In this document: positions 36,701-45,700 of the stretch, one piece after another
How positions within the stretch are numbered: position 1 is the stretch's first letter
How the letters are laid out: each line of letters opens with the position of its first letter
Assembly: GCA_964187785.1 (NCBI GenBank)
Contig: OZ076409.1
Location: forward strand, 16,988,001-17,052,000
DNA from: Amphiscolops sp. MND2022
Lineage: Eukaryota
Reading direction: 5' to 3'
Length of the DNA stretch: 64,000 bases
Notes under the pieces: model-generated
Database searches by the model: none
What the model was told of the DNA's origin: nothing
Seen by the model: the letters and a program-made list of their open reading frames with translations, nothing else
Program-made: the position numbers and the translations under genes

Positions 36701-39700
36701 AGGAACCTGTGAAATTCACATTCAAAATTTGAGAAATTGGACAAATGATCCATTCCACGGTAAAGTTGCGTGGTCAGCTTCGCTAAAAATTTGGCGAAAG
36801 ATCGTGTCCAGCAAGCAATCAATCGTTGGATAGCACCCACATGGTATGGAATGTGGTTTTTCCTTTTCTAACTTGTTTTCTTGCAGAATCGAGTGCGTAC
36901 GTTTGCGAGGATCAGACATCGTCACAAGTCCTGGTGTGTAACCTCTATATGGATGTCGTTTTCTCGAGCTCGCTTCAGTGGTAAGTGTCTCGACTTTTTG
37001 AACGGTAAATTTGCCCTCCGTCACATTTTTGATCAAATTGGGCCACGAAATCTCCACAACGGCAACCTCCCATGTCCCTTGTAGTTGCATTTCTTCAGGG
37101 AGTAATGTAGTGAAGTGTGCCAGAGAATTTTCTGGGAAAGTTGTCATCGATGCGTTGGAAACTAAATTATTGGTAAAGGTATTCCGAGACGACGACTGCA
37201 TTCTGCCGGTGCTGTTTTGAATTTGATTTGGTCCGGTCAAACAATTTCGGCTTTAAAACGAACAAGCTCGCTCTCATAAAATTTGCCTTCAATCAACTGC
37301 TCATTAGCGTCTTTGAGCAAGTACGTGGGAGGATTCAATGTTTTGACCGCCACAATTTCAAAGATTTCTTCGGTGAATTGGATGCGGTAGCCACGATGAA
37401 ACAGGTCAAGTTTTCTCCTGATTCGAACGTGTTGTCCAATTTTAAATCTTGGTTTTTGCACGGCATTGGAATTTTGCAGGGAAACAAGAAAAGCTTCGTC
37501 TGACTTTTGCACTTGCTTGGGGGCCATTTTAGTAATTCGGTTAACTCGAGAATTTATCACGTTAACAAAACTCTGCAACTTGTCTATGTAGACGTCAGTT
37601 CTGTTTTCATGGAGATACTTGAAAATGATAGATTTTAGCGAGCGAATATTTCGCTCAGCAAATGCTGACTTTGTTTCACTGTTTGTTGAGTACAAATCAA
37701 TGGCTGCGTTCTGGGAGAATGATGCAAATTCTCCAGCAAATTCTCGGCCCTTGTCCACCCAAATTTTTTCCGGCTTCCCGGGCACTGCAGTGGTACCTCT
37801 GGTAGCACGACAAAAAAGTGGCTGCATATTGGGTGATTCGTTTCTGATGTCAGAAATTATCTCCTTCAATACATTCCTACATGAATCGGCAGTTTTTCGT
37901 TTTATCGGTCGGACCCAAAGAAATCGACTGAGTGTATCCACCGCGACGAAAAGAAAATTGACGCCATTGTTTGGTCGAGCAAGCTGCTGCATATCAGCCA
38001 AGTCGACCGACCAAATCTCATTGAGTCTGAACGTTTGAACCTTGAGACGAAGAAATTTTTTCTTACTTTGTTTGAACTTTGAGTAAGTCTCATTCTTATG
38101 AAGGTAATTATCTACTTGTTCATAACTGCAGTTTGAGTACTTTTTGAGAGACGCACGGCTTCCAAACGATGCCGGACTCTGACATGAAGTGTATAGAGTG
38201 TGTAACTTGCTGTAAGCAATTGAATCCGCATTCGCTGGTACCAGTCGTCTAGTTTTTGAACATTTCGAACACATAAAATTCCCTGAAGATTTCGGATAGT
38301 CGGCTGCACTGCTCAGACCGCTGCATTTGAAGTGAACACAGCCACAAACGTTGCACCAGATTGATGGCTTTTGACGTGTTCCTTTCCCCAACGAATGCGC
38401 ACAGCTGCCGCAAAAACAATCTTGTTTTTTGGTTCTCCTTGTTTGTGTTCTTCTCTTGCATTGTTCCATAAGGATGGACGCTTTAGTAAAGACGCAGCCA
38501 CTTGGCTTGATTGCTGAACGATTCAGATTGGTCTTGCGAATCGTCTTCGTTTAAAATTGTTCTTTTGATTTCAGCAGCTGCTTTTTTAGCATTCGGGTTC
38601 GCTAAAAGGTACTCTGGCAATTGCAAGCGGCGAACTAAGTCAAGCGTAGGCTCGTTTAAATTTTTCGTTGTTGTCTGCAGATAGTAGAGGAAATCAAAAA
38701 CAGACACCCCTGTGTCGCGGTCGTGTAACAAAATTCTTCCCGAACTTTTATCAATTGAAACGTTCTCAGTATCGTTAATCTTGCGAAGTATTTGTCGAGA
38801 GCGTTCAACTTTTCCACCACTGAGTCCTACAGATAAAAGTTCAATAATGACGTTCTCAGATTTGGACGACTGTGATGCTGCCTCTGTCTTTTTGAAATCA
38901 GATAGGGTTGTTGCGGGTTGCGATCTTTTTTGAATCGGGAATGCAAATTCCATTGTGCACATTCTGATGCTGAGGGAAACTGCAAGCTAACTTTTCCCTT
39001 GTTTTCGAGCTCTGATACTGATGTATTTTCGTTTTCCTTCAAGTCAGTTGTTGCTGCCCGCTCCGCGCTTTCTGATTTGCGAAGTGACGATAACGCTGAA
39101 TACTCTACAGCTGTGATTAGAATGAAGTCTTTTGCCCTACTGTTTAATACCATGTCGCTTTTTCAAATGATTAGAAACGGATGGTTGTATTATTCTCAAC
39201 AGCCGGAGACCATTGGTAGTTGAGAGAGAATGCCGTTTTCGCCGTATTCCAACTTTTTTGTTGTTGAGAAGATCAATTAGTTTCCTATGCGGATTTAACT
39301 GTTTCCTCGAAGCTGGTGCAATCATCTGGATATTACCGCTGAGAATATTGAAAATGCAATCGCAAAAAAATTTTGTCAATAGAACAATGTGAAATATACA
39401 GTCGTTTTACAATTGGCTCCATTTCGCTGAAAAAAACATACAAATAAAGCTCTTGTTGACTCATTGTTCAACTGTTCCGAAGTGTGATTCGAAGTTATAT
39501 AAAAGATCGAAGGCTCATTGCCCGAGCATTTGGAAGCGTATTTAAGTTTAGGGTCTGTATGAGGATCGAAGTCAATCAACAAATGACCAAACGCTTCACG
39601 AGTTGCTCTTTTATAGGCGTCCAGTAACAATTGTCTGTCTCCCATTTGACGTCCCAGAACAGCTATTTGCTCCAAATCTCGCGGGCTCTTGAAAAGAATA

Positions 39701-42700
39701 ATTTGAGTGACGTTTAGCTCTATTGTTTTCGAGTGCTTCGATTGTTGAAAGAGATTGTGCTTCAGAGTAATCAAATGGATATTTCGATGTCTCCCTGCAA
39801 TTACCAAATTCAAAAAATATTCGTCTTCGCATGCTTGTTGGTAGAGGTCATCAATCACCAAAAGAGTTCGCAAGCTCTGCGCTTCACACTTTTCGACTGC
39901 ATTCCAGTCGAGGCCCTGATGGAATTCGATTTGTACTTTAGATTGAACACATTTCAATTGCAGTTCTTCGAAGTTCGGTTGGAAATGATTGTACAGGTAG
40001 AGAATTTTGTCAAAAGAAGGTCTGAAAACTTTATATACTTTATATTGGTTCACTAGCATACTTGAGACCAACTGAGTTTTTCCACTTCCACATGGTCCGA
40101 CAACTGACAGGAAGCAGTGAGGATCCGTTCGAATACGCTTGTTCATTTGTCAGACTTCGGAATCAAATATCCAATGCAGGTAGATAGAACAGCTATTATT
40201 CCAGTTTTATGCAAACTGTTCTCGGCCAATACTAGATAAAGAAATGAGCAAATGATCACCATGAATAATAGAAAATATGTAGTTGAAATCACAAGAAAAG
40301 ATCTGCTGCAGTTAATTTCATCAGTGCAACATCCACAATTTAGTTTAAAAGGCGGCCTTTCTTCATTATTGTAATCTAATATCAAGTTGTTGATGTTAAC
40401 ATGATCAACACAGTCCCCAACACAGGCCACTATAGTTGATTCGTCGGATGTTTCCGATGTTTTGCTAGCATTGTCGTTCATATCGCTGGGTGGTTCTTTA
40501 ACACATGTAGGTGGTACAAAATTTGAATCAATTTGTGCAACTGTAAAAGATCATTGAAATTTAGGTGAATGCTCGAAGTTTTTGTGCTATTGAGTGCCAG
40601 AACCTGTTCAATGACAACTTGAGGACCTCTTGACGAAATTACAGCGCGTATATTAGTTGGGTGATAGAGGAACGTTAACTGAAATGTGGATGGATTTTTG
40701 TGCGACTGACATTGGTGGAGGTTGCGAGAGAAAGTGATTAAAACTTCAAACGGTTATATTCTTTCCGGTGTAACAGTTTTTGATAAAACCAAAACGCCAA
40801 TCCCGTAATGTTACCAATAAACATGTTGTTGGCAAAGATTGGTTTTTCACTCAGAGTATATACGTAGCCTGGTCCTACGCCGAAGTTACTCCTCATGAAG
40901 CCAAAAGCATCGTGAAATATTGCATGTAGCCGAAATATTTTAAAGTGTTTCAGCCACTTATCCATCAGACTATCTCCGGGTCCTATGAGACCACCGAAAG
41001 GTGCCAAATCGTTTATATCATGAAGGTTGACTTCTTTGTTTAATCACCAACAGACAGCTAGAAATGCATTTTTACGTTGAGAGTTTTCAGGGAACAAGTA
41101 GTTTGTAAGCTGGAAGTTATTTTCCAATAGTTCAATATCAATGAATTTCATCATACGATAGTCAACTTGCTTGTTTTTTGAAAACCAACTGCTTTTTAGA
41201 TTAAATTCACAATAAATGAATTAGACAATCAAAGTGTGCATTCTCATCAACGAAAGAGAAAAGATTACATTCATTGTGTTCGTTACCGGTCAAACTGGCT
41301 CCACAAAAGCTAGTTGAATTGTCCTGGCATTCAAAACAGACATTGTGCGTCAGAAAATCCCAAGTCTACTGACAAAACATTATTGTGATGAGACGCCTTG
41401 GTAGTCCCGAATCCTCTCATGAGAAGCTCAATAAAATCGAGAACACTGTCTTTAAAAACTGCTGGAGACTTCTCGAGCTCGGCTAATCGCTTGCTAAGAA
41501 AGGAAAGTTTTTCAATGTCTTCACTTTCATCGAATTCTGTGTAACAGCTGCGCTGAAGCTCCCATGACATTTCATAACTGCATCCCAAATCAGTTGTTGG
41601 TTTCATTTTCAAAATTGATTTCATCTTTTCCCCATGAATGAACAAACGGTTTCCACCAAGTTGTGCTTCAGTTTGAAGACAATTTTCCGGGTATGAAACT
41701 GAATAATTTGACGAGACTGTCTTTGATTTTTGTTCCTTTTTGTGAATTCAGGAAGTTGTTACTTATGGTGTCTTTGATGAATTTCTCTGCGCCCACGAAT
41801 GATTTGATGTAGAACAGAACGTGATAGTGTTCTCCAAGAACGTTTGAACACTCATCTTCCGCTTCACTCTTGTTGGTCGTGTTGTGACATCTGATACTGT
41901 ATTCACAAAAAGTGTTGTTGAGTAGGCTCTTCACCAAGCGACGGAGGCTCTCCGGTAGTTTTGGTTGAAGTATTTCATTTGCATATTTGATTATTTTGCA
42001 GGGAGGTGGATCATGAAGTTCCCGACCTGAAGTCTCTTCTTTAGAGAAATACACCAAATAATAAAAACGTGAAGGAACTTCTCTAAATATACTGGTCATG
42101 GCGAAGTCTAACTAGAGAATGATTTCTGTGACGAAAAGTAATCTTATCAACTTTTCAGGTTATGCAATTCCATTTTTCCATAGTTATGGTTTTTCTCAAG
42201 TCGATTTTCCATTCGCACAGTCCGAGCGTGCATTCCGTTTTGGAATGTGCATGAAATTTTGAGTATGCATTGGTTGTTCGGACTGTGCGGTTATGCCATA
42301 AATGGTATCTCAAATTGGTTACTTGTGTTAGAAGTTTTTGTTAAAATTTCTAACACAAGGATGAGTTTCTAATTTCTTTGCTGTTTTGAGGGATATCTTA
42401 CCGCTTACAGTTATTTGGAGGTTGAGCATGAAGAAAAGAAGGTTAGTTAAAATTCATTTTCTAAAATTTTTGTCAAAAGGTTTAATTTCTGTATCAGTGC
42501 ATATTTATTTAGCTGTCAATGTTTGTTGTTTAAGCAAAGTTCATGTCGATCTCGAACTTTGGCCTTATAGCATGTTTTAAGATTAGGGATCCATGATTGA
42601 GTCTAAGAATTCTATCTTAGAATTTTGAGATCCATGATTGAGTCTAAGAATTCTATCTTAGAATTTTGGGATCCTTCATTGAGTCTAAACCCCCCTTCCC

Positions 42701-45700
42701 TTACTACTAACCAACTTCAACTTGTTCATGTTTTCTTAATCAAAAACACCTGAATTTCGTTGACAATTAGTAGAATAACAATGGTTAGCATTCAGGAAGT
42801 TGCATAAAGTTGAGAGACCTGATAATGGTAAAAGATCTTGGAGGAACTAGCAATTCAATTTATTTTTCAATTCTACAAGTTAGTCCTCAGGCATAAGGCT
42901 TATTCACTCAATTGTTCTGGTTCACTACAATTCACTGAGGTATAATTGGTTCATGGTTAACGAAGGTTAATACAGCACTTTGATTGACCTATTACCAGGA
43001 ATATTTGGTGAACCAGAGCCGCATGTGCGGTAACGGAGTCGGAAATGGATTAAAATGATGGAAAACAACGTACTTTATTGTCATTTGGTCATTTTTGGAC
43101 TACTTTTGGCTATGTTTCTCAGAACCCAGTCATACCTTTGGGTTTAAAATGACTGAGCTAAATTTTATAGATGTATGGACAGGTTTTAAGAAATTTGAAA
43201 CTTTGATTGAAAGGTACGGAGAAAAAAGGTACGAGTGCATAAGTAGTTGAAAACTTTTTCCAACTCCCAGAAAATCAACTATGAATTTTGATCCTACTTT
43301 AAACAATTTACTTTTCAACTTCTGGGAACCACGACATTGACATGAGTGAAACTTACGGGAGTCCAGCTTCCTGAAGGTTGCTATACGCTTGTTTTCCTAC
43401 CATGATGATAGCCAGTTGTGTCATGAGATCAAACAGACAACCTCCGGGTCCACACTGAAACAGAAAAGCCACCGGTCGCAGAAAATAACACATTTACACT
43501 GAGGGTCGTCAGTGACAATCGATATGACGGTATGATCAGAGTACAAGTGTTACGTAACATTGATCTGTATTACGCAACATTGACAAGTGTGACGTAGTAT
43601 TGTCTGGAAATTTTGACTTTTCACTCAAAATTTTAATGCGGTGAAACAGTAAGGACAAATATGGTATGTAACTCTGCTTCGGCTTATTAAACGGTTCATA
43701 GACCATCAGCTATCCTTTTTTGTTGTTTTCATTATTGAATTACAACGAAAAATTGGTTTCAAAAAACTTTGCAACTAGGTGTTGACAAGTGACAACGAGG
43801 AGAGTGGCGGAGGAATTCGAAAATAAACATTTAGTTATACCTCTTAACTATTATTTAGTTGTTATCCGGAGTCAAGTACTGATGAAGGCTGCTGAGAATG
43901 GCCTATAATACAGATGAGCATATCTTTCACTCACCTTATACTGACTCTGGAAATTTCGAAGAAATCAAGGGAAATTATCATTTCAACACTTGAAGCACTC
44001 ATTTCAGATTCAAACTGCACGGATTTTGATAGACTGAGCTTCAATGAAACATGAACAATCGGAAAAAACTAAACGCTGGCTCACTAAATAAATTTTACAT
44101 TGAAACGACATGAAAGTTGAATTATCAGTTTCCGCCCATAAATTCATAAGGAAAAGGAAGTTGTGTTGCTTATTTAAAGGTGTTTCATCCATGAGCTGAC
44201 TTACAAGACACCTTTTGATAGCTTCCTCTCTCTGTCACCTTTAAATGTACCTTTACCAGCATTAAAAATTTCCGTCTAGCGCTGGATTCGAACTCACGTA
44301 CACGTAGAGAAACTCGCGTTAACCTCCAGGCCAATTGGAGAGCACTTTCTAGCTTTCCACCAGCACTTCTAAATTCTACTGGCAGAACCCGGGGAGAGAA
44401 TATTCAAAAAAATCCCCGGCCAAAACTAATCCAAAAAGGCCTCGTCAAAAAACAACAACAGCTTAGAGTACATTTCGAAATAAGTGCCTTTTAAACGCAT
44501 TCATTTCGGCTAACCTCTTGCAACCTGTATTTGTCGAAGAGCAGGTTGTATCTCGTAGGATATCCACCAAAGCGTCCCTTGAAGAATGCAATGTAGACGA
44601 TTGATGAGTAGTAGTTGACGAATTGGAACACAAACATCTTCAGGGTGTACGAATTGTCGAACTCAGTTTCTGTGCGGGGACATTCGAATTCGGTGAGTTT
44701 GAACGCGAGCACATTGTACATACGAGAGAAGGTGAAAATGAAGAGGAGATTGACAAAGGCTGCAGTACTTGAAGTCAGTATGCTAGCCAACGTTGGCTGT
44801 ACATTTTGGTGGACAAAAAAGTAGGCTGCTAGAGCTCGGTAGATGATCACAGCGATCACCGCTCCCAGGACTACTGTTATCTGAACACAGAAAAGACATC
44901 AGAAGATGGAATCCAACTGACTCAAAAGAACCAACGATTGAAACACATGAATGAATACTTACCATGAACATTACAATAGAAAGAGTCGCACAGATTTTCG
45001 GAATCTTCACTGTCAGAGGCATGAATGGTTCAGCCATCTAAAACAAAAAATTGCTAATTTTTAAAATAAAACATGGAAAATTCAGGGACCCTGCATGGAA
45101 CGATTTTGTAAAACTTCCAAGCAGTTTACAGAATTTCTGAAAAACGAACTTATTAATACCAAGAAGATTCGCTAAATGAGCATCGAGTAACACAGTAACT
45201 AACAATCCGATCGGCACTCGAAAAGGCGCCTGTTAAAACAGTATCGAAATATAGTAACCATGTACAAAGAGGGGCATTCATTGCGAGGTCTGTGGTTAAG
45301 ATAAAAAATATCTTATGTAAGGCACTCTTACAGCTGAACAATCTAATGTCTCAAATGTTATTTTAATGATTTCATGTTGAAGCTTCATGTTAAATCTCAA
45401 AATTATGAAATTATGATTTAGGTTAAGAAAAATTGCTGGGGATTCCAAGACTGAAAATGGAAAATCCCACCAAAAAACAATAACTTGACTTAAAATGGAA
45501 TCAGAAGAAAGGGAAAAACTTACAAGTGTGACCGGATTAGTTTGCCACCACGAGTTTTTCTTCTTTTCGTTCTTCAACACGGCCAGTCTAGCCTTGCGCT
45601 CAAACTGTGGCCGAATGACCTGCGTACCCTGTTCGTAGTCGAACAAATCCCACTCATAGCTCAGTTCGTTCTTTCGTCTCTTCCAGAACTCCAGGAACAT

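Larger units (their letters stand above)
28599..42708. mobile_element. Polinton/Maverick (endogenous polintovirus), ~14.1 kb
   Basis: TIRs with an AGTAGT terminus; pPolB, integrase, packaging ATPase, adenain-like protease, DJR major capsid and penton genes. Confidence 0.96.

Noticed and set aside
28592-42714. Canonical 6-bp TSD at the Polinton ends
   Set aside because: The flanks (TTAAAA vs AACCAA) do not match; the duplication is 349 bp long.
44265-44340. Functional tRNA genes at 44265-44340, 25601-25675 and 14752-14795
   Set aside because: Box A and B are present but no complete cloverleaf or acceptor stem could be drawn; treated as SINE heads.
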